The notes under the pieces were generated by a model. That model saw nothing but the letters and a program-made list of their open reading frames with translations. It was not told the DNA's origin and searched no databases. Positions 17,491 to 26,499 of a stretch of 32,000 nucleotides of DNA are shown piece after piece. Numbering within the stretch: the first letter of the stretch is position 1; every line of letters starts with the position of its first letter. This stretch comes from Synechococcus elongatus PCC 6301 (GTDB taxonomy: Bacteria; Cyanobacteriota; Cyanobacteriia; Synechococcales; Synechococcaceae), in the NCBI RefSeq assembly GCF_000010065.1, contig NC_006576.1:1380001-1412000 (forward strand), written 5' to 3'. The position numbers and the translations under genes are program-made.

Positions 17491-18353
17491 CGAGGGATCG
17501 GCTCCTCGTGATTTTCTGCCGCCCATATTGCGGCGAGTCCTTCGCGGTAGCTGGGGTAGCGCAGCTGCACACCCAGTTCTTGCTTGAGGCGATCGTTGCG
17601 GACGCGCCGACATTCACTCCAAAAAGAGGCCGCCATTGGGCTGAGCTCCACGGCATCCACAGGCAGCGGCGGCGGCAACTCAACTCCCATTAGCTGGGCG
17701 GCTGCTTCGATCAGGAGGGCTGGCTCACAAGGGAAATCATCGCTGACGTTATAAATCCTGCCTGGATTGGGCTGCTGCAGAGAGGCCCAGAGCGCCGCCG
17801 CAATGTCATCGACATGGATGCGGCAGAAGACGTGCCCAGGTTTAAGCAGGCGCTGATTATCGCCACGGCGCAAACGATCGAAACTACTGCGTCCGGGGCC
17901 ATAGATGCCAGGCAGCCGAAAAATATGAGCAGGTAGGCCACTGGCTAGCCACTGGGCTTCGATCGCAATCCGTTGCTGCGAGCGCCGGTTGGTCGATTGC
18001 AAGGGCGAGTCTTCATCGACCCAAGCACCTTGGGTATCGCCGTAGACGCCGGTCGTTGACAGGTAGCCGCACCACTGCAGCGATAGGTACTGAAGCGTGG
18101 GCAGAAGCGTTGACAGAACTGGATCGCCGCCGTCACCGAGGGGCGGGATCGTGCTCAGCACATGGGTGACGCCTGCCAATGCTGCTGGATCGGGCAACAG
18201 CAGTGGTGTGGAACCAGCGTCGAAGGTCACACAGGGCTCATCGAGCGGCCACTGACCCGATCGCGTGGTGGCGAGGACTGGAATGGATTGTGCAGCGAGG
18301 AGTTGGGCGAGGCGCTGACCAGTGTAGCCGCCGCCGAGAATCAGAACTTTCAT
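17487..18353 (-). CDS. NAD(P)-binding SDR/epimerase-family protein
   Basis: N-terminal Rossmann motif MKVLILGGGYTGQRL; 288 aa. The ATG overlaps the glk stop (ATGA). Confidence 0.8.
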   Translation of the reverse strand: MKVLILGGGYTGQRLAQLLAAQSIPVLATTRSGQWPLDEPCVTFDAGSTPLLLPDPAALAGVTHVLSTIPPLGDGGDPVLSTLLPTLQYLSLQWCGYLSTTGVYGDTQGAWVDEDSPLQSTNRRSQQRIAIEAQWLASGLPAHIFRLPGIYGPGRSSFDRLRRGDNQRLLKPGHVFCRIHVDDIAAALWASLQQPNPGRIYNVSDDFPCEPALLIEAAAQLMGVELPPPLPVDAVELSPMAASFWSECRRVRNDRLKQELGVQLRYPSYREGLAAIWAAENHEEPIPR

Positions 18354-19387
18354 GGTTGAGTAGCGATCGCAGCCGCCCGCAGTCCAGCCCCGATCAGCCC
18401 GACTTCGTGGTTCGTGACGATCGTGATAGGCATCCGCGTCAGCAGCCCCTTCACCCGTCCCTTGGCTTGGAAGGCTTGCAGAAAAGTGCCATCAGTCAAG
18501 AGCGGCAGGATTTTGCCCGCAATCCCGCCGGCGACGTAGACCCCGCCGTAGGAGAGCAATTTCAACGCGAGGTTGCCGGCTTCCGCCCCGTAAGCACTGA
18601 CAAATATCTGCATGGCTTGTAGGGCCAGCGGATCGCGATCGCTCAAGGCTGCTTGGGATACGGCTGCTGCCAGATCAGGGGCTTGGTCGCCGCCCGTTTG
18701 CCAAGCCGAGGCAATCGCCCCAAGGGCTGGATTTTCTTGGTCGGGATGGCGATCGCGCAGGAAGGCGTAGATGGCTGCAATCCCTTGGCCGGAGACCACT
18801 CGCTCGACCGAGATATGCTCGATTGCGTAAAAATTGCGTAGAAAATGCAGTAACTCGGACTCCAGTTCGGTTTGCGGCGCAAAGTCAGCGTGAGAACCTT
18901 CGCTGCCAAACACTTGGCGGCCTTGGGCTGTGGGAATGATGAAGCCTTCGCCCAAGCCAGTTCCTGCCCCCAGAATGGCGATCGGAGCCGCCGGATCGGC
19001 TTCACCGACTTGCACAACGACTTGATCTTCGGCGGTCAAGCCGGGTAGGCCGTAGGCGATCGCAGCAAAATCATTGATCAACGCCACCTGCGCAATGCCC
19101 AATTCCTTCGCCAGCCGCGCTTCAGAGAGCTGCCAAGGCAGGTTCGTCAGCTTCGCGGTTCCATGGACAACGGGGCCGGCAATGCCAAAACAAGCCACAA
19201 CTGGCGATCGCACCTCGGCGGAGGGTGCGGCAGCCAAAAACTCCTGCACCATCGGCACTAAATCAGGGTAGGCCGCACTGGCAAAACTGGCCTGATGGAG
19301 CGGTTCTAAACGATCGCAATCAGAGGCGATCGCCAACATTAAATTCGTTTTGGTTCCGCCGATATCCCCGGCCAATAGCAAGGTCAT
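18350..19387 (-). CDS. glk: glucokinase
   Basis: LLAGDIGGTKTNL ATP-binding motif, LINDFAAIAYG and GAGTGLG are typical Glk-family features. Confidence 0.9.
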   Translation of the reverse strand: MTLLLAGDIGGTKTNLMLAIASDCDRLEPLHQASFASAAYPDLVPMVQEFLAAAPSAEVRSPVVACFGIAGPVVHGTAKLTNLPWQLSEARLAKELGIAQVALINDFAAIAYGLPGLTAEDQVVVQVGEADPAAPIAILGAGTGLGEGFIIPTAQGRQVFGSEGSHADFAPQTELESELLHFLRNFYAIEHISVERVVSGQGIAAIYAFLRDRHPDQENPALGAIASAWQTGGDQAPDLAAAVSQAALSDRDPLALQAMQIFVSAYGAEAGNLALKLLSYGGVYVAGGIAGKILPLLTDGTFLQAFQAKGRVKGLLTRMPITIVTNHEVGLIGAGLRAAAIATQP

Positions 19388-19487
19388 AATCTCTGCAGCA
19401 GCTTCCCCTTCGTTACCCTATAACAGTTTCGCGAGGGCGATCGCTGACAATAGTGTCGTCCTGCTGACCCTGAACTTGAGATCCACC

Positions 19488-20246
19488 ATGACTCAAATTG
19501 TTTCCGTACATTCGTTTCGGGGTGGCACGGGCAAATCCAACATGACCGCCAACCTCGCCACCACCCTGGCACTCCAAGGGCATCGCGTCGGTGTGGTCGA
19601 TACGGATATTCAATCTCCAGGCATTCACATCATCTTGGGCCTTCGAGATGAAGACATTGATCAGTCACTCAATGACTTTCTCTGGGGACAATGCACGATC
19701 GAGCAAGCTGTTTACGATGTCACACCGGCAGCGGTTGAACAAGCAGGTGGACGCATTCTGCTCTCTCCTTCCAGCCTCAATGCCTCCAAGATTGCCAAGA
19801 TTTTGCGCGAGGGCTACGACGTCGGTAACCTCAACGATGGCTTCCTAGCCTTTGGGGAAACCCTCAATCTCGACTTTCTGCTAATCGATACCCACCCCGG
19901 CATCAACGAGGAAACTCTGCTGTCGATCGCGATTTCCGATGGGTTGGTGATGCTCATGCGTCCCGATCGCCAGGATTATCTCGGCACTGCAGTGGCGGTT
20001 CAGGTTGCTAAAAAGCTGGATGTACCGAAGATGCTGATTGCCGTCAACAAAGTGCCCAGCTTTTTTGACTTTGCTGAAGTCCGCGCCAAAGTTGAGAGCA
20101 ACTACGGCGTCCCAGTGGGAGCCCTTTTCCCGTTAGCTGATGAGGTTCTGAACCTAGCGAGTCAAGGCTTACTTTGTATTGACCAACCCCAGCATCCAAT
20201 CAGCGTTGAACTTCGTCAGTTAGCGCATGCTTTGATCAGTGACTAG
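19488..20246 (+). CDS. ParA/MinD-family P-loop ATPase (orphan), 252 aa
   Basis: Deviant Walker A SFRGGTGKSN (Arg where Lys is usual), VVDTDIQSPG, Walker B FLLIDTHPG. The tracked start at 19350 overlaps glk; the ATG at 19488 (MTQIVSVHS) puts the P-loop at the usual distance from the N-terminus. Confidence 0.85.
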   Translation: MTQIVSVHSFRGGTGKSNMTANLATTLALQGHRVGVVDTDIQSPGIHIILGLRDEDIDQSLNDFLWGQCTIEQAVYDVTPAAVEQAGGRILLSPSSLNASKIAKILREGYDVGNLNDGFLAFGETLNLDFLLIDTHPGINEETLLSIAISDGLVMLMRPDRQDYLGTAVAVQVAKKLDVPKMLIAVNKVPSFFDFAEVRAKVESNYGVPVGALFPLADEVLNLASQGLLCIDQPQHPISVELRQLAHALISD

Positions 20247-20248
20247 CC

Positions 20249-20569
20249 ATGACCCGCAAATCTGGCGGACTCTCGATGACCCAATTGCTGCAGTTACCCG
20301 ATGAGGAGCGACTGTTGGTTAATCGGGCATTGCGCCATCGTGACCTCACCCTCGAGCGAGCAATCGCCCTCGGACGCGATCGCGGACAGGAGCAACCGGA
20401 AGCTTGGGCTAAAGCCCTGCTCCAACGCCTGACAGAAGCCGGCCTGCTGGAACTCCAATCTGCTGAAGCGAATCATTTGCCCCGCTACTGCGCCAAACTG
20501 GCCTGGCGTCGCCCTAGTCAGGATGAGCAAAGCTGGCTGGACTGGACTGACTCTTCAGCTCAGGACTGA
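20249..20569 (+). CDS. small hypothetical protein coupled to the ParA-like ATPase (106 aa)
   Basis: The ATG lies 2 nt after the ATPase stop. Basic N-terminus MTRKSGG, helical core with an HTH-like LLQRLTEAGLLEL, and an acidic Trp-containing tail SWLDWTDSSAQD. Confidence 0.65.
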   Translation: MTRKSGGLSMTQLLQLPDEERLLVNRALRHRDLTLERAIALGRDRGQEQPEAWAKALLQRLTEAGLLELQSAEANHLPRYCAKLAWRRPSQDEQSWLDWTDSSAQD

Positions 20570-20693
20570 CCCTGTACGAGTCAGGATCGCAAAATGAGGC
20601 TGCTGCGAGTCGGAGTGCCTCAGGTTCTCTACCCAGTTCAGCTCAGAAAGTTCGGTCTTTGGGTCACAATCAAAGGCGATCGCTGCACCCTGA

Positions 20694-20861
20694 ATGCCCA
20701 TGAACTGGACCCCTGCTGCCGAACAATGCCTCAAGGAAATTCCCTTTTTCGTGCGCCCAGCGGCCCGCAAAAAGATTGAAAAGTTCGCCAGCGATCGCGG
20801 CATTACCGAGATTGACGAAGAGGTTTACAAGCAAGCCAAAGCTCAGTTCGGCAGCCAGTAA
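20694..20861 (+). CDS. PCP_red-like mini-protein (resembles the C-terminal domain of DPOR subunit ChlB/BchB), 55 aa
   Basis: Not in the ORF track. MPMNWTPAAEQCLKEIPFFVRPAARKKIEKFASDRGITEIDEEVYKQAKAQFGSQ matches my memory of the W-T-x-E-A...IPFFVR...E-K-F-A pattern at the ChlB C-terminus. Confidence 0.75.
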   Translation: MPMNWTPAAEQCLKEIPFFVRPAARKKIEKFASDRGITEIDEEVYKQAKAQFGSQ

Positions 20862-20884
20862 GTCAGTGTATTGAATGGCATCAA

Positions 20885-20958
<74 letters not shown>

Positions 20959-21013
20959 ATGCACAGATTTTTACTGTAGCAGAAAAGCGAAGGCTGATCC
21001 AACGTGATGGCAT

Positions 21014-21778
21014 CTAGGATGGTTGCAGAACCCGCAGTTGCTGGTGGCAAAAAATCAGCAAGTTGGGGTAAATCGCGTCAGGTTCCAAGCCTTCCAAGTA
21101 TCGGCGACTACGAATGCCACAGGTCAGGGCAACTGCCGGCACAGCATGAGCTTGAGCGGCCAGTACATCCGCTTCGGTATCACCGACCATCGCTAGCCCT
21201 GGACGACCGGCTGCGTTGGCAGCAGCGATCGCCTGACCTAGGATCTGGCGTTTGATCGAGACAGGGTTTTCGTAGGCAGTCAGATCCGAGTCTCCTCCAA
21301 AGATTTCGGTGACGCAGTGGTCGAGATGTTCCCGCTGCAGAATTTCTCGGACTTCTGCCTCCGGGCGGAGAGTGACAATGCTCAGATCGAGTCCGGCTTG
21401 CTGAATCAGAGAAAATGCCCAGCGAACACCCAGTTGTAGGCGATCGAGCTTGAGTAATCCCGGTTGGTTAACCCGCGATCGCACATGCTTGAGGAAGCGC
21501 TCAAAGTGCTCAGGGGCTAGACCCGATCGCTGTGCGATCGCGGGGTCTGGCAGGTGCGCCTGTTTCATGGACCAAAACTGACGGAAGCTCAGCCGCCGAG
21601 GACGCCAAACTTCACCGAGTGCAGCCAGTTCCTTTTGGGTTTCCCGTAGGGCCAAGCTATAGGTACAGTAGTAGCGGCGCGAAACGTCGAGTAAGGGCCC
21701 ATCGAAATCGCAAAATAGGGTATGGCGATCGCGATGGCTACTGGGCTGAATCTCACTGATTAACGTGAGCATGGGCAC
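21014..21778 (-). CDS. HAD-superfamily hydrolase (phosphatase-like)
   Basis: Motif I FCDFDGPLLD and late motif MVGDTEADV. GTG start at 21778, alternative ATG at 21772. Confidence 0.8.
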   Translation of the reverse strand: MPMLTLISEIQPSSHRDRHTLFCDFDGPLLDVSRRYYCTYSLALRETQKELAALGEVWRPRRLSFRQFWSMKQAHLPDPAIAQRSGLAPEHFERFLKHVRSRVNQPGLLKLDRLQLGVRWAFSLIQQAGLDLSIVTLRPEAEVREILQREHLDHCVTEIFGGDSDLTAYENPVSIKRQILGQAIAAANAAGRPGLAMVGDTEADVLAAQAHAVPAVALTCGIRSRRYLEGLEPDAIYPNLLIFCHQQLRVLQPS

Positions 21779-21920
21779 GGTTCCAAGAACCGCTGAACTG
21801 TTTAACCTTTCTTTACATTAACAAGTTTTCGATAAGGATGGCTACGGTTGAGCCCCTACGATTGATTTATCCTGCTTATCGCATTAATCCCTGCCAAGTT
21901 CACGATTACGCACGTTAACC

Positions 21921-22937
21921 ATGATGTCTAACACCATGCGAGCTGTTGTTCTGGAAATGCCGGGCGGTCCCGAGCAATTGCAGCTCCAATCCCTGCCTTG
22001 GCCCGCGATCGCGCATCCCAGCGAGGTGTTGGTGCAGTTGCAGGCGGCAGGACTGAATCCAATCGACACAAAACTCCGGCAGCGCGGCAGTTTTGACCCC
22101 GATCGCCGACCCGCCATTCTCGGCTGTGATGGGGCAGGCTGGGTGGCAGCCGTTGGCAGTGCCGTCGATCGTTTTGCGGTGGGGGATGCAGTCTACTTTT
22201 GCCATGGCGGCTTAGGGCTCGAACCCGGAACCTATGCTGATTACGCCGTTGTCGATCAGGCCTGGCTAGCACCCAAGCCCGAGCGGTTGAGTTTTGTCGA
22301 AGCAGCAGGCGTGCCACTGGCCCTAATCACAGCTTGGGAAGCCCCCTACGATCGCGGTCGCCTACAAGCGGCGCAAACGGTGTTAATCCATGCTGGTGCC
22401 GGCGGGGTGGGGCACTTGGCAATCCAGTTAGCCAAATTGCGCGGGGCACGGGTGGCAACCACGGTCAGTACTCCAGAAAAAGCGGCGATCGCGGGACACT
22501 ACGGCGCGGATTTTGTGATTCCCTACCGCGATCGCGATTGGGTCGCCGCTGTGCTCGACTGGACCGATGGCAAAGGCGTGGATTTGGCCTTCGATACCGT
22601 GGGTGGAGCGGTGCTAGAGCAAACCTTTCCTGCCGTCCGTCTCTATGGCGATCTGGTCACAATTCTGGCTCCAGATGCCGCCACAAACTGGAAAGTCGCC
22701 CGCGATCGCAATCTCCGCATCAGTCTGGAGCTGATGTTGACGCCCCAACTCCAGCGCGTGACAGAAGCCCGTCAGCATCAAACCCAAATTTTGACAACGG
22801 CAAGTCGCTGGTTTGATCAAGAGCAGCTGCATATTCACATTGGTCAAGTTTTACCAATCTCCGAGATCAGCCAGGCTCATCAGTTCCTAGAAAGACAGCA
22901 GGGAGCGGGCAAGATTGTGATTGATCTAACCGCGTAA
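21921..22937 (+). CDS. medium-chain (zinc-type) dehydrogenase/quinone oxidoreductase family
   Basis: MRAVVLE...GGPEQL N-terminus and nucleotide-binding VLIHAGAGGVGHLAIQLAK; 338 aa. Confidence 0.85.
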   Translation: MMSNTMRAVVLEMPGGPEQLQLQSLPWPAIAHPSEVLVQLQAAGLNPIDTKLRQRGSFDPDRRPAILGCDGAGWVAAVGSAVDRFAVGDAVYFCHGGLGLEPGTYADYAVVDQAWLAPKPERLSFVEAAGVPLALITAWEAPYDRGRLQAAQTVLIHAGAGGVGHLAIQLAKLRGARVATTVSTPEKAAIAGHYGADFVIPYRDRDWVAAVLDWTDGKGVDLAFDTVGGAVLEQTFPAVRLYGDLVTILAPDAATNWKVARDRNLRISLELMLTPQLQRVTEARQHQTQILTTASRWFDQEQLHIHIGQVLPISEISQAHQFLERQQGAGKIVIDLTA

Positions 22938-23071
22938 ATCTACCTAAATTTCAACCGCACAGCTTCAGAATTTCTCTGGGTTTGCTTTGGCTTGCGCTAA
23001 ATTTTGTACCGACTTGTCATCAGCTTCAAGCAGCGTTGTTAAGGTCAGGGAAGTTACTGCTGAGCCGGTCG

Positions 23072-23461
23072 ATGTCCCTGTCCTTGCGTTATCACCCCCA
23101 ATGGATCGCGGATTGGTGCCAAGAGCATGGCTGGACCGACGTCTTTATCGAATGTCGCCAGTTTTGGGCTTTTCCGCCAGGTGCCGTTCTTCCGCAGCCG
23201 ATCCCAGCAGAGGTACTGATTGCGATCAAGAAAACTCAGGGTCTTAGTCCCTTTGAGCAGCAGTGGTTTTCGATCTGGCTAGGGTTGCTCTGTGGGGCAA
23301 TCGCGATCGCTTGGTTTTGGACAACCCCCATTCCGCTCCTGTCCCTCTTTGCCGGGAGTGCAGGACTCGTTGCATGGCTGGATGACAGCGATGGCCCCGC
23401 CACACCAAGTTCCTCTCCTGTAGAACGGCCGGAATCCATCCGTGCACTTTACCTAGACTGA
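23072..23461 (+). CDS. hypothetical membrane protein (about 129 aa)
   Basis: The ORF is open from 22982; I prefer the ATG at 23072 (MSLSLRYHPQW...). Two hydrophobic segments near the C-terminus. The 3' end overlaps the convergent transporter gene by 9 nt. Confidence 0.45.
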   Translation: MSLSLRYHPQWIADWCQEHGWTDVFIECRQFWAFPPGAVLPQPIPAEVLIAIKKTQGLSPFEQQWFSIWLGLLCGAIAIAWFWTTPIPLLSLFAGSAGLVAWLDDSDGPATPSSSPVERPESIRALYLD

Positions 23462-24424
23462 CGAGCCAAACAGCCAGACCCAGAGCGGCAAAGTCAGAAA
23501 CAGCATCAGAGTCGAGAGCAGAATACTGCTGGCCAGGAGTTCGCGATCGAGGTTGTACTCTTCCGCCAAGATCAGCCCGGCAAAGCCCGTAGGCATGCCT
23601 GCTTGCAGCACCATCGCCAAGCGACTATCCCCTTGCAGGCCGACAAGCGTTAGCACCAGGCCAGCGAGCAGCGGTATCGCGAGCATCCGCACGCAGACCG
23701 GCGGCAACGCCAGTCGTAAACTGCGCCAACCCTGCAGTTGCCGGAGGCGCAAGCCACCGAGGACAAGAGCAGCAGGCACGACGGCATGAGCTGCTGTTTG
23801 AACGGTCGTTTCCAGTCCGCTCGGCAGGGTTTGACCCTGCATCAGGGCTCCCAACGCGATCGCCCAAATCGAAGGGAGGCGGAGCAAAGAGATCAAGCGC
23901 GATCGCCAGTTGTGGGTGATTTCATTGGGGCTGAAATGGCTGGCGACCAAAACCCCTGCCCCGTAGGTACCGGCAATGTTGTGGGCGACGCTATAGAGCA
24001 CCAGCCAGCCCAAATAGGGCGCACTGACCAGTGAAGGAGCGACAGCGAGGCCGATAAACCCGACATTGCCCAGCATCACGGCGAGGGTAAAACTCCCTTG
24101 CCGAGCCGCTTCGGTGACTGCATCAACCTCTGAAGCCAGACCAACCCACTGGGGCTGCCAACGCCGCAGGAGAGGGAAGATCAGCAGTGCTAGGCTCAGG
24201 CCAGTGCACAGGACGGCCAACGTCACTAAGGACGAGACAGACAGCGCCTGCGAAAAGTCTGTATGACGACAGAGTGCAAAAACTTGGAGGGGAATCCCGA
24301 CCCAAAACAAAAAGCGGCCCAGCAAATGGGGCAGCAGCTTCGGTAACCATCGACAGAGTGCCAGGCCAGCGCCCATCCAAACGACAAGAGGGCTGTAGGC
24401 ATGGAGCAAAATGTCAGATGACAA
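23453..24424 (-). CDS. AEC-family (auxin efflux carrier-like) membrane transporter
   Basis: 323 aa, about 10 hydrophobic spans split by a central loop, which fits the general AEC/PIN-like layout. The family call is from overall pattern only. Confidence 0.6.
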   Translation of the reverse strand: MSSDILLHAYSPLVVWMGAGLALCRWLPKLLPHLLGRFLFWVGIPLQVFALCRHTDFSQALSVSSLVTLAVLCTGLSLALLIFPLLRRWQPQWVGLASEVDAVTEAARQGSFTLAVMLGNVGFIGLAVAPSLVSAPYLGWLVLYSVAHNIAGTYGAGVLVASHFSPNEITHNWRSRLISLLRLPSIWAIALGALMQGQTLPSGLETTVQTAAHAVVPAALVLGGLRLRQLQGWRSLRLALPPVCVRMLAIPLLAGLVLTLVGLQGDSRLAMVLQAGMPTGFAGLILAEEYNLDRELLASSILLSTLMLFLTLPLWVWLFGSSV

Positions 24425-24695
24425 GGTCGGCGCAAGTGTTGCAGATCACAGTTTCTGTATTCTGCCGCACAGGGCTGTCTTGCTGTCCCCACAAAGCGCT
24501 GGATGTGAAATTGCAACGAGGACCCGAGCCCTGAAAGCCAAACATTCTGGTCAAGATGACCGTCCATCCTGTCGCTAGAGAGGAACGCGATCGCGGGCAA
24601 CCTAGCCAGTTGGTGCAGACGTTCTCGCGATTTTGACCTGCATCCAGAAAGCGCCAGAGTGGGACAGAGCTCGAGGACGGGCAACCTGAGGCTTG

Positions 24696-25241
24696 ATGAC
24701 GATTGACTCTGCTCACCCAATGCAAACGATCTTTGATGGTGTCCTGTATGCGCACTACAGACAGGCTTACATCCACATCAAAGGCACCTATGACTTCGCT
24801 GAAAATGTCCGCAAAGGACAGGTCAATGGGTTGCTGGGTGCGGCCTATCCCACCACGCTGTTTTTAACCTTTGGCCTCCACAGTGGGGCTGTGCGGCTCA
24901 GCGTGAAGCTTGCCAGCCTTCCTCCTGACCTTGATGAATCGTGGGAAGAAATCGTGGAGGCGCCATTCACCATGCCCGAGACTGGAACGCTGGGGCTCTC
25001 TGATTGGGAGGGTCAGCTTTGGTATCCCATTCCGATCGCACCTGGTTCTTACCGAGTTCGTTTCTCCGCACAGCAGTTTGGCGAGGCAGAAGAAGTTCCT
25101 GAATCAGAAAATGACCTGAATCCGATTGAGCGGTACGAGGTGATCTTCTGGCCAGCCGCGCGCCAACCCGACCAAATTCTCAAGGTCACCAGACCTGCAG
25201 CGCAGTACTGGCACGACTTTGCTCAAGGCAACATACGGTGA
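24696..25241 (+). CDS. hypothetical soluble protein (181 aa)
   Basis: Clean ORF (TTG 24693 / ATG 24696) with coding-like composition. No family recognised. Confidence 0.55.
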   Translation: MTIDSAHPMQTIFDGVLYAHYRQAYIHIKGTYDFAENVRKGQVNGLLGAAYPTTLFLTFGLHSGAVRLSVKLASLPPDLDESWEEIVEAPFTMPETGTLGLSDWEGQLWYPIPIAPGSYRVRFSAQQFGEAEEVPESENDLNPIERYEVIFWPAARQPDQILKVTRPAAQYWHDFAQGNIR

Positions 25242-25324
25242 GGGTTACCGCCACCACAAGGCCAGCAGGGCCTACAAACCGCATTCGGCAGAGGTGCTGG
25301 CTTCCGCTATCAAAGGCGCTGAAC

Positions 25325-26413
25325 TTACCACCAGCTGCATTGGGCTTGTTGGCGCAGCAGGTGATCGCAAAGGACAAGGGCAACCATCGCTTCCACCATC
25401 GGCACTGCCCGCGGTAAGACACAGGGATCGTGGCGGCCCCGCGCAGCCAGAGTGGTGGCTTCGCCGCTGTTGGTGACGGTTTCTTGCTCTTTGCGAATCG
25501 TCGCAGTCGGTTTGAAAGCCACGCGAATCACGATGTTTTCGCCGTTGCTGATGCCGCCTTGGGTGCCGCCGCTACGGTTGGTGCGAGTGCGAATTTGACC
25601 CTGCTCATCGGTGTAAAAGGCGTCATTATGTTCGCTGCCAGTCATTTCCGTTCCAGCAAAGCCCGAGCCGATCTCAAAGCCTTTAGTGGCGGGCAAGGAC
25701 ATACAAGCTTTGGCCAAATCCGCTTCCAGCTTGTCGAAGACGGGTTCGCCTAAACCGCGAGGAACGCGACGGGCCACGCATTCGACCACACCACCGAGAG
25801 AATCCCCTTCCCGCCCGATCGCTTCAATCAGGTCAATCATCTGCGGTGCGATCGCCTCATCGGGGCAGCGGACGATGGTGCTTTCGACTTGCTCCAGCGT
25901 CACGGTTTCGGGATCAATCTGCCCCTCCAGATCCTTGATCCGTTTAACGTAGCCGACGATCTCAACACCGGCAATTTCCCGCAGCAGTTTCTTGGCGATC
26001 GCGCCAGCTGCTACGCGACCGATCGTTTCCCGCGCTGAGGAGCGCCCCCCGCCTGCAACCGCCCGAATACCGTACTTAGCGTCGTAGGTGGCGTCCGCAT
26101 GGGAAGGCCGATAAGCAACCTGCATTTCGCTATAGTCCTGCGATCGCTGGTCTTTATTGCGTACCACGATCGCGATCGGCGTATCGAGGGTTTTGCCATC
26201 GACGACTCCCGAGAGAATTTCGCACTGATCCGCTTCTTTGCGCGGCGTCGTAATTTTGCTTTGACCCGGACGGCGGCGATCGAGCTCAAATTGAATTTCG
26301 GCTTCGGAAATTTCCAGCCGAGGCGGACAGCCATCGATAACTACACCGACGCCTCCCCCGTGGGATTCACCGAAGGTGCTGATGCGAAAAAGATGGCCGA
26401 AGCTGCTGCCCAT
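25325..26413 (-). CDS. aroC: chorismate synthase
   Basis: [31 protein letters not shown] and [13 protein letters not shown] motifs; 362 aa. Confidence 0.95.
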   Translation of the reverse strand: MGSSFGHLFRISTFGESHGGGVGVVIDGCPPRLEISEAEIQFELDRRRPGQSKITTPRKEADQCEILSGVVDGKTLDTPIAIVVRNKDQRSQDYSEMQVAYRPSHADATYDAKYGIRAVAGGGRSSARETIGRVAAGAIAKKLLREIAGVEIVGYVKRIKDLEGQIDPETVTLEQVESTIVRCPDEAIAPQMIDLIEAIGREGDSLGGVVECVARRVPRGLGEPVFDKLEADLAKACMSLPATKGFEIGSGFAGTEMTGSEHNDAFYTDEQGQIRTRTNRSGGTQGGISNGENIVIRVAFKPTATIRKEQETVTNSGEATTLAARGRHDPCVLPRAVPMVEAMVALVLCDHLLRQQAQCSWW

Positions 26414-26499
26414 ACTGCCGTGCTGGTTCCAGCCTTCGATCTTATCGGGATCTGGAGCGGGAACACCTCAACCCGCTGGAACCAGTGCGCGATCGCGGG

